Below are positions 23,537 through 33,099 of a stretch of DNA of 64,000 nt, piece by piece. Numbering within the stretch: the stretch's first letter is position 1; the number at the start of each line of letters is the position of its first letter. Location: NCBI GenBank assembly GCA_052279835.1, contig CP181291.1, positions 1,504,001 through 1,568,000 of the forward strand, written 5' to 3'. The notes below the pieces were generated by a model. That model saw only the letters and a program-made list of their open reading frames with translations, ran no database searches and was not told where the DNA came from. A program made the position numbers and the translations under genes. This DNA comes from Microcoleus sp. (GTDB lineage Bacteria > Cyanobacteriota > Cyanobacteriia > Cyanobacteriales > Microcoleaceae).

Positions 23537-24484
23537 TCAAACCTGACTATTTATTGCCTCAGCAACAATAGTCCGGTGTCTGGGAGTATTGCAAGTAATC
23601 GTCGGCGCTGCGAAACCAGAATCTACCAAAGCTTGCTCAATATCCAAGCCAAAATACTGATCCAAATAAGGCTCGGTACTCTTGAGCAAAGTCAAAATAT
23701 AAGGAGGCATTGTGGCATAAATTTCCGATTTGGGATTCATATCCATAATAGTCAAATGTCCGCCATCACGTAGCAAACGCCTCGCTTCTCGGAATATTTG
23801 CATCGTTGCCTTCTGCGGCAATTCGTGACAAACTAGAAAGATAGAAACTAAATCGAAAGCATTCCCAGGTAAACCTGTGGATTCAGCGGCAGCGTGTACC
23901 CAAGTCGGAGTTTTTTGGTTTGGTAATTCCGCTTTTTTTTGTTGGGAACGGTATTGAGCAACGGCTAAAAAATAAGGCGACAAATCCACACCGACAGTAT
24001 TTGCTTCTGGGTAAACATCCTGCATAGCAAAGGTACTCATGCCCACGCTGCATCCCAAATCTACAATATCTTGGGGTGTTTGGGAAATCTGAGATTGGAT
24101 AATTTCGTGATAACTTTCCCGGAGTTTAGCATCACCTTCAGCACCGGCTTCTGGCCAAATTCCGGCGTGAACTGCACGAGCGGCAACTTCGACTTCTGTG
24201 GCGGCTTCCCAACTCATATTGCCTTTTTCGTAGGCGTGAAATGAAGTTAGATAATATTTGGGGTAAACCAGATTGGGATTTTGGACGCTGAGCAATTCTG
24301 CATCCCAATTCCTAGCTAAAAGTGCTTGGGCATCTTGTCGCCAATGCACTCCTATTTTTTCGGCTCTTTTAATCATCATTTCTCGTGCTTGGTGTTTGGC
24401 GATATTCGCTAAAGGTTTGATGGAGAGTACGCCGTTTACTAAGCGCGATGCTAATCCTGGATTGGTTTTAACTTCAACAGTCAT
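23537..24484 (-). CDS. Class I SAM-dependent methyltransferase
   Basis: IVDLGCSVG, GVDLSPYFL, HELP motifs. Confidence 0.9.
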   Translation of the reverse strand: MTVEVKTNPGLASRLVNGVLSIKPLANIAKHQAREMMIKRAEKIGVHWRQDAQALLARNWDAELLSVQNPNLVYPKYYLTSFHAYEKGNMSWEAATEVEVAARAVHAGIWPEAGAEGDAKLRESYHEIIQSQISQTPQDIVDLGCSVGMSTFAMQDVYPEANTVGVDLSPYFLAVAQYRSQQKKAELPNQKTPTWVHAAAESTGLPGNAFDLVSIFLVCHELPQKATMQIFREARRLLRDGGHLTIMDMNPKSEIYATMPPYILTLLKSTEPYLDQYFGLDIEQALVDSGFAAPTITCNTPRHRTIVAEAINSQV

Positions 24485-24714
24485 TTTTTAGGTTTATCTT
24501 TTTTTGCGATTAATTTTAACATATATCGGCGATTTATGTGGGTATATATAATGAAACTTAACTTTGTGAGGGCGAGTGAAGTGTGAATATTTTGCACCAC
24601 AGAGGGCGCTCCAGAACGCAGAGGAGCCAGCCGAGTGAAAAATCTGGAATTGTATTTCCCGAAGTTGGAGTATTTGGAAGAACAGGTTTAAATATAGCTA
24701 TTCTGGAGTTTGTG

Positions 24715-25617
24715 ATGAGCAAATCTATTGTGGAATTGGTTGACAATTTGCCTTCTGGTGGTATCACTGTGATGATGTTGAAGTCTCTCGATTTTGTGGT
24801 TCCTGGCCAATGGAATAATCTTACTGGTTTTGATAATACTATTCAAGCTGTTACGGGGGAAACTAAGGGCAAATTAGTTGAAAAAATTCGCGATCGCGCG
24901 ATCGCACTTTATGCAAATCCCAACGAACCCTATCAAGCCTCTCTCCGACTTTACCAGTTAGCCGACAGTGCCGACAGTGCGTTAGGAGTCACGGCTATGG
25001 CTAATAAAATTGGCGAAAACATCGGCTTTCTTTCTTTTATCAACCGCTTGACTCCCAAGGCTGACACCACTCAGACGATCGACTTATGTGTCAAAGTGGC
25101 GATCGAGCTAATTGTCTTCTGCAAACTTAACAATATTTCCCTTGACAATATGGGAGATTTTGGTAATTATTTATCTCATTACAAAGACGAAGCTCTGATG
25201 CGGATGGCTGCTTTAGTCTGTGCTGATGGTTTAATTCCCCTGGGCCCGGACTTCATTAGAGTAGCACAAAATACCCTAGTCGGGTTGAATCCTTCAACCT
25301 TGCAGCAAAACTCAACTTTCCAAAATATCAGCAACCTAATTCCCGGCGGTAGTGGTGCTGCAAAACTCGGATTTGTGAGCGCAACTTTTGCTTCCGCCCA
25401 AGGTTGGATGAACAATTTAGTACAGTCTCGTGGTTTAACTCCCGCTACTGTTTTGGGCAATCTCAAGCAATATGTTGATGTTACTGATGACAAGCTGGAT
25501 TATGTGGCGGCGTTTTTAGATATGACTACTAATTATTACGAACATACCGGAATTCAAACTGTTGCTCGCCGATTGATCGATCGAGCTTATGCCGATATCA
25601 CCTCTGGTAGAGTGTAG
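24715..25617 (+). CDS. Conserved cyanobacterial hypothetical protein
   Basis: Long ORF; likely start ATG 24715 (MSKSIVELVDNLP) rather than the upstream GTG. Confidence 0.75.
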   Translation: MSKSIVELVDNLPSGGITVMMLKSLDFVVPGQWNNLTGFDNTIQAVTGETKGKLVEKIRDRAIALYANPNEPYQASLRLYQLADSADSALGVTAMANKIGENIGFLSFINRLTPKADTTQTIDLCVKVAIELIVFCKLNNISLDNMGDFGNYLSHYKDEALMRMAALVCADGLIPLGPDFIRVAQNTLVGLNPSTLQQNSTFQNISNLIPGGSGAAKLGFVSATFASAQGWMNNLVQSRGLTPATVLGNLKQYVDVTDDKLDYVAAFLDMTTNYYEHTGIQTVARRLIDRAYADITSGRV

Positions 25618-25634
25618 CAACTTGTTTTCAGGTG

Positions 25635-25674
25635 AGGCAAAGCAAGAGCGAGGCAGATCGCTCTTGCTTTGCCT
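25635..25674 (+). terminator. Putative intrinsic terminator hairpin
   Basis: 17-bp perfect stem AGGCAAAGCAAGAGCGA/TCGCTCTTGCTTTGCCT followed by TGTTT. Confidence 0.6.
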
Positions 25675-25717
25675 TGTTTGAAGCCTGGATATCAATGTGA
25701 TGTAAAATAAACAGATT

Positions 25718-26749
25718 ATGTTTAGCAAATTACTTTTAATCCCTGGCGTGAAAAACAAATCACTTCCTTCATCAGTAACAGTCAAATTAGGCAAATTTGT
25801 CTGGACATCAATGTGGCAATTAATGATGTCAAAACTAGCGCCTCCGGATCGCACGGGAGCATACATTCGCCCTAGCAGCAGTTTCCGCAATTTTGTCTCG
25901 ACAGCAGCAGACAACCCTCACCAGCCCGCCACGGCACGATATCGCCTGTTTGTGGGTATGGGATGCCCGTGGGCGCACCGCACTCTGGTGACGAGAGCGC
26001 TCAAAGGGCTAGAAGATGCCATATCCGTGTCTGTTGTCTATCCCTCTGAAGGAGGACTTTGGGTGATGGAGTCGGAGATATTTGGCTGTAACACGATGCG
26101 GGAACTTTACCAGTTGGCTTTACCGGGCTATCAGGGGCGATGTACGGTGCCGGTGTTGTGGGATGATTCCAAAAAGGCGATCGTTAATAACGAGAGTTCG
26201 GAAATTATTGTGATGCTAAACTCGGAGTTTAATGAGTTTGCTAGCAATCAAATGGATCTTTATCCTGTGGATTTGCGATCGCAAATTGACGAGTGGAATG
26301 AGAAGATTTACCAATCGGTGAATAACGGTGTTTATCGCTGTGGTTTCGCCCAATCTCAAGCTGCTTATGACTCGGCTTGTAGTGAATTGTTTGCTGTTTT
26401 GGACGAGATCGATCGATCGCTCTTGATGAGTCGTTATCTTTGTGGCGATCGCGTGACATTAGCAGATGTGCGACTGTTTACTACTCTATTCCGTTTTGAT
26501 GCAGTTTACTACAGCTTGTTCAAATGCAATGTGCGCCGCATTCAGGATTACGAGCATTTGGGGGCTTATTTGCGCGATTTGTATCAGTTACCGGGAGTTG
26601 CGGGTACTTGCGATTTGGAGGCTGTCAAGCGCGATTATTACGGCAATTTGTTCCCGTTGAATCCGGGCTGCATTATCCCGGCTGGGCCCGATGTGGGGAG
26701 TTTGCTCAAATCGCACGATCGCGCGCGAATCGGAAACCGGGTTTCTTAG
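25718..26749 (+). CDS. Glutathione S-transferase, glutathionyl-hydroquinone reductase type
   Basis: CPWAHR, TVPVLWD, NNESSEI, NNGVYRCGFA, ADVRLFTTLFRFD. Confidence 0.92.
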   Translation: MFSKLLLIPGVKNKSLPSSVTVKLGKFVWTSMWQLMMSKLAPPDRTGAYIRPSSSFRNFVSTAADNPHQPATARYRLFVGMGCPWAHRTLVTRALKGLEDAISVSVVYPSEGGLWVMESEIFGCNTMRELYQLALPGYQGRCTVPVLWDDSKKAIVNNESSEIIVMLNSEFNEFASNQMDLYPVDLRSQIDEWNEKIYQSVNNGVYRCGFAQSQAAYDSACSELFAVLDEIDRSLLMSRYLCGDRVTLADVRLFTTLFRFDAVYYSLFKCNVRRIQDYEHLGAYLRDLYQLPGVAGTCDLEAVKRDYYGNLFPLNPGCIIPAGPDVGSLLKSHDRARIGNRVS

Positions 26750-27003
26750 ATGGTTGGCAGGGCTCAGAAACCCGGTTTCTTCACAAAATCTCGTTAGGAT
26801 GCCAAAATTGTCGCAGAAACCCGGTTTCTTGGATTGTGCGTGTGGGACTCAGAAACCGGGTTTCTTCACTTAATCTTCGTGACGATGCCAAAATTGTCGC
26901 AGAAACCCGGTTTCTTGGATTGTGGATCGTGCGGGTATCAGAAACCGGGTTTCTTCACAAAATCTCGTTAGGATGCCAGAATTGTCGCAGAAACCCGGTT
27001 TCT
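26733..27003. repeat. Array of seven AGAAACC(C/G)GGTTTCT palindromes with two alternating spacer types
   Basis: Copies at 26733, 26766, 26815, 26851, 26901, 26940, 26989; further copies near 2046, 28209, 28259, 29125, 42130. Confidence 0.9.
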
Positions 27004-27035
27004 TGGATTCTGGGTGGCGTGGGGCGATCGCGATT

Positions 27036-27692
27036 TTATTCTTCAATTTCACTTGTTTGCTCGTTCACTTCTTCCTCTTTAACATCAAAATCAATTCGTT
27101 CGTAAATCTCGCTCAAAGGGATTTGAAATTCTACAGATTCTAGGCTTAATACAGATTCCTCTGAATCATATTCTGTTAATACCCATTTGCGATCGGAGTT
27201 TTTAGCAAATTGTTCGATATGATAACTATATTGGTCAATTAAAATGTATTCTCGAAATTCAGAAATTGAGCGATAGGCGAGAAATTTGCCACCGCGATCG
27301 TAGTCTTTGGTTGAATTGGACAAAACCTCAACGATTACCAGAGGATTTGTGACAATTGTTTTGTTACTTCCTTGATATTGTGGTTCTCCTTGAATCACCA
27401 TGATATCGGGATAGACGTAACGGTGAGTTTGGGGTATCCACAGGCGCACGTCGCTAGTAAATAATCTGTAATCTTTGCCACGCAAGCCAAATTTCAAGTT
27501 AGCAATCAAATTAATGATGATGCTGTTGTGGTTGGTTGTTCCGCCTGTCATTGGTACTATCTCTCCATCGTGGTATTCACTTTTGTCGATCGCACTTTCT
27601 TCTAATGCGAGATATTCCTCTGGAGTGTAGTGGCGTTTTTCGGTTGGTGGTTGCTTGGCGATCGCTGTTTTTTCTTGGGTTTGCATTGTCAT
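27036..27692 (-). CDS. Uma2 family endonuclease
   Basis: YTPEEYLALE, YPDIMV, NPLVIVEVLS, YDRGGKF, EYILIDQ. Confidence 0.92.
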   Translation of the reverse strand: MTMQTQEKTAIAKQPPTEKRHYTPEEYLALEESAIDKSEYHDGEIVPMTGGTTNHNSIIINLIANLKFGLRGKDYRLFTSDVRLWIPQTHRYVYPDIMVIQGEPQYQGSNKTIVTNPLVIVEVLSNSTKDYDRGGKFLAYRSISEFREYILIDQYSYHIEQFAKNSDRKWVLTEYDSEESVLSLESVEFQIPLSEIYERIDFDVKEEEVNEQTSEIEE

Positions 27693-27776
27693 TCCCTTCT
27701 GCTTTGAAGTGATTTTATGATAACATAAAACAAGTTAGATTGAAGAGCGATAAACATACTCGATCGACACCAGATT

Positions 27777-28235
27777 ATGACTATCATTGAACAACTCTAC
27801 GCGATCGTTAAAACCCTTCCCCAAGAGCAAGCTAGCGAAATTCTTACTTTCGCTGAATTTATTCGTGCCAAGCACCTGAATGCTCAGGAGTCGATCGCGA
27901 TATTAGATACTTCGACTCCTTGGTTTGAGGTGATGGGATCTGCTTATCGATTGCGGTTGGGAGAAGAAATTGGTTCAGAAAATCTTTGTGGGTGGCTGAA
28001 AGTATTTGATAAGGACGAACTTAGCGAACTGATCGCAGAAATAGAGCAAGATTACCGTCTTGTGGAGTCGGAACCTGCGGCTTGGGATCGGATTGAGGCA
28101 ACGATTTATGAATGGCATGAAAGCGCGATCGCACTTTCTAGTCCTGAACTCGCGGCAGCTTTTAGCGATGACATTGACGAGGTGTTTTTGCCGAGCGCGT
28201 CAGACTTAAAAACCGGGTTTCTTTGTAACTTCTGA
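27777..28235 (+). CDS. Antitoxin-like protein (DUF2281-like N-terminus, acidic helical C-terminus)
   Basis: LPQEQASEILTFAEF N-terminal motif; EWHESAIA C-terminal motif; ORF ends inside a dispersed repeat. Confidence 0.5.
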   Translation: MTIIEQLYAIVKTLPQEQASEILTFAEFIRAKHLNAQESIAILDTSTPWFEVMGSAYRLRLGEEIGSENLCGWLKVFDKDELSELIAEIEQDYRLVESEPAAWDRIEATIYEWHESAIALSSPELAAAFSDDIDEVFLPSASDLKTGFLCNF

Positions 28236-28292
28236 TGAAATGCAAAAATTGTCGTTCCAAACCCGGTTTCTCCGATGGTATATCGATCGCAC

Positions 28293-28661
28293 TCAAGCAA
28301 TTTTTTCGGTTTCTGCTACACCGCTATTCAACAAAATTGGGTCAATCTCCTGGCTGTTACTGCGGTTGCGAAATTGCTCTAAAAGTCGGAAGAAAGAGGC
28401 AAAAGCAGCTTTTCCGTCAGCGCACTTGAAGAGGATAATTGTGTCCCAGGAGTTAGCAGTTTGAATGGAAAAGTGGATTTGCAACCAGGGTTGAAATTCT
28501 TGGTAAAAATCTAATTCTTCCTCTGTTGGCATAATTCCCATTTCCTGGCGAGCAAATTTGTACCCGACTAGGAATTGTCGCAGCGCGGTAACTGAAGCCG
28601 TACCAATATAGAGTCCGGGTTTCTGTTCTATTTTTTTGAGGAGTTCAAAAAGGTTACTCAT
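28293..28661 (-). CDS. Putative immunity/antitoxin partner of the papain-fold toxin
   Basis: LLKKIEQKPGLYIG...LRQFLVGY...EFQPWL...SW pattern; 12 bp downstream of the toxin-like ORF. Confidence 0.6.
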   Translation of the reverse strand: MSNLFELLKKIEQKPGLYIGTASVTALRQFLVGYKFARQEMGIMPTEEELDFYQEFQPWLQIHFSIQTANSWDTIILFKCADGKAAFASFFRLLEQFRNRSNSQEIDPILLNSGVAETEKIA

Positions 28662-28673
28662 TTTCAGATACTT

Positions 28674-29029
28674 TTACAAATTTTCTAATTCTGTCATAAC
28701 AAATTGATCGCTATGACAATGAAAGTCTTTTAACCAATCCTCTTGGGATAATCCTTGTGAAGAAAGGTTATCGAAGACTTTTCCCCTAACTTCTACAGCA
28801 AAGTGTTGACCGTTGACTGTGATGGAGTCGTAAATCTCCTGTTCTCCGAGGCGATCGCTGAGAATATAGTCTTCACCATATCGTGTCCTCAGTCTGAAAA
28901 TCTTTCCCTCAATTCCTTGCTGGCGCAACCACCCGATTACGGCTCTAGCACAGTCAGCACATTCGAGAATGTCAAATTGAGACGTGATTTGCCCAACTTC
29001 CCGATAAACTTCCTCGTCAGTCCAGTCAC
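28674..29029 (-). CDS. Papain-fold toxin (Tox-PL-2-like); start codon uncertain or frameshifted
   Basis: Frame open upstream of the listed ORF adds EEVYREVGQITSQFDILECADCA; catalytic-like C, H (NGQHFAVEV) and FDN. Confidence 0.65.
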
Positions 29030-29162
29030 TGGGATGTTTGATGCTGATAGAACCTTCTTTTCAAAGGCTTAATTCAATCGTAATTATAGCAGCCAGATTT
29101 TCCATAGGATGCCAAAATTATCGCAGAAACTAGGTTTCTCACCAAAATCTCGGTGACGATAG

Positions 29163-29291
29163 CTCGTTCCCAGGGGGCGGGCACGGGGCACCGCCCCTAC
29201 AAGTCTCCTAGTTCCCCGGCTCTGCCTGGGAACTCAGATGCTTTGGCTCTGCCTCGCCAAAACCCACTAACAAACTCTCGATTCCCTCGTT
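29163..29291. repeat. Nested REP units (GTAG-type REP plus RAYT-associated REP)
   Basis: GGGCGGGCACGGGGCACCGCCCCTAC then GTTCCCCGGCTCTGCCTGGGAAC...GGCTCTGCCTC...AAACCCACTAACAA...CCCTCGTT. Confidence 0.75.
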
Positions 29292-29437
29292 TACTTAAAC
29301 CTCACCATCGCCAAAATATTCGTGTTATTTTGTAGTGAGATTAAGGAATATTCAAAATCAAATCAAGTCTGGCGATCGCCCTTTCATCTCAAAGGTAGAT
29401 CGAACTTATATACAAAAATCAAAACAAGGAATTGGCA

Positions 29438-32245
29438 ATGTTAGAAACTGAGGGCGATCGGGCTGCACAGCGCATTGAATGGGCGCGGCAAAAGGGAGCA
29501 AAAACACTCGATCTTAGGAACATAAAACTGAGGAAACTACCAGAGGCGATCGCCTCCCTCACCCAGTTGCGAATGCTTTACCTCGAAAACAACCAACTGA
29601 CGGAACTCCCAGATGTGATCGCATCCCTCACCGAGTTGCAATTGCTTAACCTCCACAACAACCAACTGACCAAATTCCCAGAGGAGATCGCCTCTCTTAC
29701 CCAGTTGCGACTGCTTAAACTCTCCAACAATCAACTAACGGAACTACCAGAGAAGATCGCATCCCTCACCCAGTTGCAATGGCTTTACCTTGAAAACAAC
29801 CAACTAAGGGAACTGCCACAGGAGATCGCCTCGCTAACTAAGTTACAACCGCTTAACCTCGACAACAACCCGCTGAATCCTGATCTCGCTGCCGCCTATC
29901 AGCAAGGCACTGAAGCCCTCTTCCAATACCTGCGGGCAAAAGCCGAAGCACAAATCATCCTAAATGAAGCCAAACTAATTTTGATCGGTGAAGGCGAAGT
30001 GGGCAAGAGTTGTCTCCTAGGAGCATTGCGAGAAGATGAATGGTTAGAAAACCGTCTCACCACTCACGGCATTGAAATTAAGCCAGTTATTGTCACCCAT
30101 TCCGACAGCGGCACAGAAATATCCCTCAATGGTTGGGATTTTGGCGGTCAACCCGTTTATCGATCGACCCATCAATTATTTTTCAGTGCACCAGCCGTAT
30201 ATCTCGTGGTGTGGAAGCCACGGGAAGGCCCCCAGCAAGGCTTTGTCAAAGAGTGGATTACCCTGATCAAGCATCGGGAACCAGATGCCAAGGTGCTCGT
30301 AGTCGCCACCCACGGCGGCCCCGGACAGCGACAACCGGACATTGACAGACAGGACATTCACGATCGATTCGGCTGCGATAGAGTGCTTGGCTTCTTCCAC
30401 ATAGACAGCAAACCTGACCCTCAGAACTCTTGCACCGGCGTGGCAGAATTAAAAAGTGCGATCGCGAATGTCGCCGCCTCTCTTCCCGAAATGGGACGTT
30501 CCGTTCCCGCCAAATGGCAGCGAGTGCGGGAAACTTTCCAGACAAACGACAAAGCCTATCTGCCCTACGATGAAGTTATTGCCATCTGCGATCGGCACGG
30601 AATCGATAAGGAACAAGCAGAACTTTTCCTTCGCATTTCCCATACTTTGGGACATATAATCCATTACCATTACGATCCAATACTGCGAGATATTGTTATC
30701 CTCAAACCTGACTGGTTAGCCAAGGCAATTAGTTTCGCACTCGACGATGAATTGACCCGCCGCCGCAACGGTTTAGTAGACTTTGACCATCTCAGTGAAT
30801 TATGGAGCAATCCCCCGTTTCCAGGCGAAGCGGGCTACCCAAAAGCACTACATCCCATCTTTCTGAAGCTGATGGAAAAGTTCGATTTGTCCTACCGCGT
30901 GGTGCTTGACCCAACTAAACCCAGCAATACCAGCTTGATTGCTCAACTCGTACCCGATACGCGCCCGGAATTGCCCAATTGGGGACAGCAACCGGAAGCC
31001 GGAGACAGACAACAAGTACAAATCTGCCGCATTGTGGACGATCGAGGACAAGCTGTACGAAAAGAAGATTTGTTGTACAAGTTGATTGTGCGCTTACATA
31101 AATACTCCCTGGGGCGATGCAATTACGAAAAAAGTATCCATTGGCAACGGGGTTTGATGCTTGATGACGACTACAACGGTCGGGCATTGCTGGAATATAT
31201 TGATACTGATGTCAAAATCACCGTGCGGGCTGCTTATCCCGGAACGTTCTTATCTTCTCTCACGGCAGAGATTAAATGGCTAGTCGAGAATTTCTGGGAA
31301 GGATTGCTATGTAATGTGATGGTTCCTTGTATTGCGCCTTGTGGTAAAAATCTGCCTGGAAACGCGCTATTTGAGGTAGAGAAACTCATTGAAAGCAAAA
31401 AGAAGAATCGTCATGATTATCCATGTCCGATTTCCGGCTGTGGTGAATGGCAAAACATCGATCGCCTGCTGAATAACGCACCGACTGCTCAACCCCCATC
31501 CCAAGAAATCGGCATTCAGCAATTCCGCAATATTGTCAAAGACGAGCTAAAAATCATCCGCGAAGATTTAGTAACTTTCGATAGTCGAAATCAAGAACGA
31601 TATCAGTCATTGTCTCAGGAACAGCGGATCATTCTCAGCAAAATCGATGAAGAATTTGCATCTCTAATGCAAATGCTCACCGATGAAGCGAAAGATGGCC
31701 CGCGCCTGTTCAGTTTCAAGCCGATCGATCCAAAGTTTTGCGATCGCCCAAAATGGCTCAGTACAAAATTGCAAATAACCCTCTGGTGCGAACACTCTCG
31801 TTTACCCCTTCCAGCCTTAAATCCTCACGACAAACAGAAGGGAGTTTATGAATTGGAAGTATCGCGCGCATGGTTTACCAAAGCAGCCCCCTACCTCAAA
31901 ATTTTGACCGGAACCCTGAGTTTAGTTTTGCCTGTTGCAGCTTCAGCAACCAAGCTAATGCTAGATGACGCTACCTATAAAGGCATTGAAGAACAACTAG
32001 ATTTAGGACAAAAAAGTATCGAATCTACCTTAAAAGGCAGCGATTTAGTTAGTGATTTGTCTACCGATACAGATGCCCCTGACTGGCAACAGGGCGAAGC
32101 AGCAATCATGGCAAAAGGCTCGATTTTGCGAGAATTACACGCGCTGCTAAAAGCCAAAGATCCTGGCTTTGGTGGCTTAGTTCGAGTGCAGAATAGACGG
32201 CGCGAATTCCTGTGGGTTCACGAGCAGTTTGTAGATGAGTATTAA
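29438..32245 (+). CDS. Prokaryotic Roco protein (LRR-Roc GTPase-COR) with extra C-terminal domains
   Basis: 23-aa LRRs, P-loop GEGEVGKS, TTHGI, WDFGGQ, THQLFF, COR (VILKPDWL); AAGGA before ATG 29438. Confidence 0.9.
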   Translation: MLETEGDRAAQRIEWARQKGAKTLDLRNIKLRKLPEAIASLTQLRMLYLENNQLTELPDVIASLTELQLLNLHNNQLTKFPEEIASLTQLRLLKLSNNQLTELPEKIASLTQLQWLYLENNQLRELPQEIASLTKLQPLNLDNNPLNPDLAAAYQQGTEALFQYLRAKAEAQIILNEAKLILIGEGEVGKSCLLGALREDEWLENRLTTHGIEIKPVIVTHSDSGTEISLNGWDFGGQPVYRSTHQLFFSAPAVYLVVWKPREGPQQGFVKEWITLIKHREPDAKVLVVATHGGPGQRQPDIDRQDIHDRFGCDRVLGFFHIDSKPDPQNSCTGVAELKSAIANVAASLPEMGRSVPAKWQRVRETFQTNDKAYLPYDEVIAICDRHGIDKEQAELFLRISHTLGHIIHYHYDPILRDIVILKPDWLAKAISFALDDELTRRRNGLVDFDHLSELWSNPPFPGEAGYPKALHPIFLKLMEKFDLSYRVVLDPTKPSNTSLIAQLVPDTRPELPNWGQQPEAGDRQQVQICRIVDDRGQAVRKEDLLYKLIVRLHKYSLGRCNYEKSIHWQRGLMLDDDYNGRALLEYIDTDVKITVRAAYPGTFLSSLTAEIKWLVENFWEGLLCNVMVPCIAPCGKNLPGNALFEVEKLIESKKKNRHDYPCPISGCGEWQNIDRLLNNAPTAQPPSQEIGIQQFRNIVKDELKIIREDLVTFDSRNQERYQSLSQEQRIILSKIDEEFASLMQMLTDEAKDGPRLFSFKPIDPKFCDRPKWLSTKLQITLWCEHSRLPLPALNPHDKQKGVYELEVSRAWFTKAAPYLKILTGTLSLVLPVAASATKLMLDDATYKGIEEQLDLGQKSIESTLKGSDLVSDLSTDTDAPDWQQGEAAIMAKGSILRELHALLKAKDPGFGGLVRVQNRRREFLWVHEQFVDEY

Positions 32246-32255
32246 GATTTTTATC

Positions 32256-32284
32256 TTGACACCATTATTAGGTCTATGTAATAA
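32256..32284 (+). promoter_or_regulatory. Putative sigma70 promoter upstream of the REP array and RAYT
   Basis: TTGACA-N17-TAATAA. Confidence 0.5.
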
Positions 32285-32293
32285 TTTCAAACT

Positions 32294-32520
32294 CCCTCGT
32301 TACCAGGCTCTGCCTGGTAACGCAGATCCAGAGGCTCCGCCTCACCCAAACCCACTAACAACTTCCAAATTCCCCTAGTTCCCAGGCTCTGCCTGGTAAC
32401 GCAGATCCAGAGGCTCCGCCTCACCCAAACCCACTAACAACTTCCAAATTCCCCTAGTTCCCAGGCTCTGCCTGGTAACGCAGATCCAGAGGCTCCGCCT
32501 CGCCCAAACCCACTAACAAA
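32294..32520 (+). repeat. Three tandem 79-bp REP units upstream of RAYT
   Basis: GTT(A/C)CCAGGCTCTGCCTGGTAAC GCAGATCCAGAGGCTCCGCCTC ...AAACCCACTAACAA; CCAGGCTC at 32303, 32382, 32461. Confidence 0.93.
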
Positions 32521-32535
32521 ACCCAGATTTTCACA

Positions 32536-33075
32536 ATGGGAAGAAGCAGATACAAAGTCATATATTCCGAAAACCAACCGCACTTTGTCACCTGTACAAT
32601 TATCAACTGGATTCCAGTATTTTGTCAAGCAGAAATAGCACAAATAGTCTTGGATTCCTTAAGTTTCCTGCAACGGGAGAAGCGTTTAGCTTTACATGGT
32701 TACGTGCTGATGGAAAATCACTTGCACTTAATCGTAACTTCCTCAGAATTGTCAACGCAAATGAGAAATTTTAAATCATTTACTGCGCGCTCTATAATTG
32801 ATTTGCTTGAGATAAATAAAGCTACCAATATTCTCGATCAACTCGCATTTTATAAAAAGCTACACAAAAAAGACCAAAAATATCAGTTATGGCAAGAAGG
32901 GTTCCACCCGCAAGCTATTTTGGATGAGGCAATGCTGTTGCAAAAATTGGAGTATATCCACAATAATCCTGTTAGGCGTGGTTATGTTGACGATCCAGCT
33001 TGTTGGAGATATTCTAGTTATCGAAATTATCAGGGTCAGGATGGATTGTTGCCTGTTGATTTGATTGATTTTTGA
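32536..33075 (+). CDS. REP-associated tyrosine transposase (RAYT, Y1 HUH family)
   Basis: HFVT, YVLMENHLHL (HUH), WQEGFH, YIHNNPV (catalytic Tyr), WRYSS; flanked by inverted REP arrays. Confidence 0.92.
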   Translation: MGRSRYKVIYSENQPHFVTCTIINWIPVFCQAEIAQIVLDSLSFLQREKRLALHGYVLMENHLHLIVTSSELSTQMRNFKSFTARSIIDLLEINKATNILDQLAFYKKLHKKDQKYQLWQEGFHPQAILDEAMLLQKLEYIHNNPVRRGYVDDPACWRYSSYRNYQGQDGLLPVDLIDF

Positions 33076-33099
33076 GTTGGATGATTTGTTTTTATGAGC

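Noticed and set aside
26733..27003. Possible CRISPR array
   Set aside because: Repeat is only 15 bp, spacers recur, and copies are dispersed across the window.
26524..27143. ORFs spanning the palindrome array
   Set aside because: Translations of repeat DNA (RNPVS/ETGFL/KPGF).
32294..32520. Possible CRISPR array
   Set aside because: The spacers are identical, no cas genes are present, and the adjacent gene is a RAYT; these are REP units.
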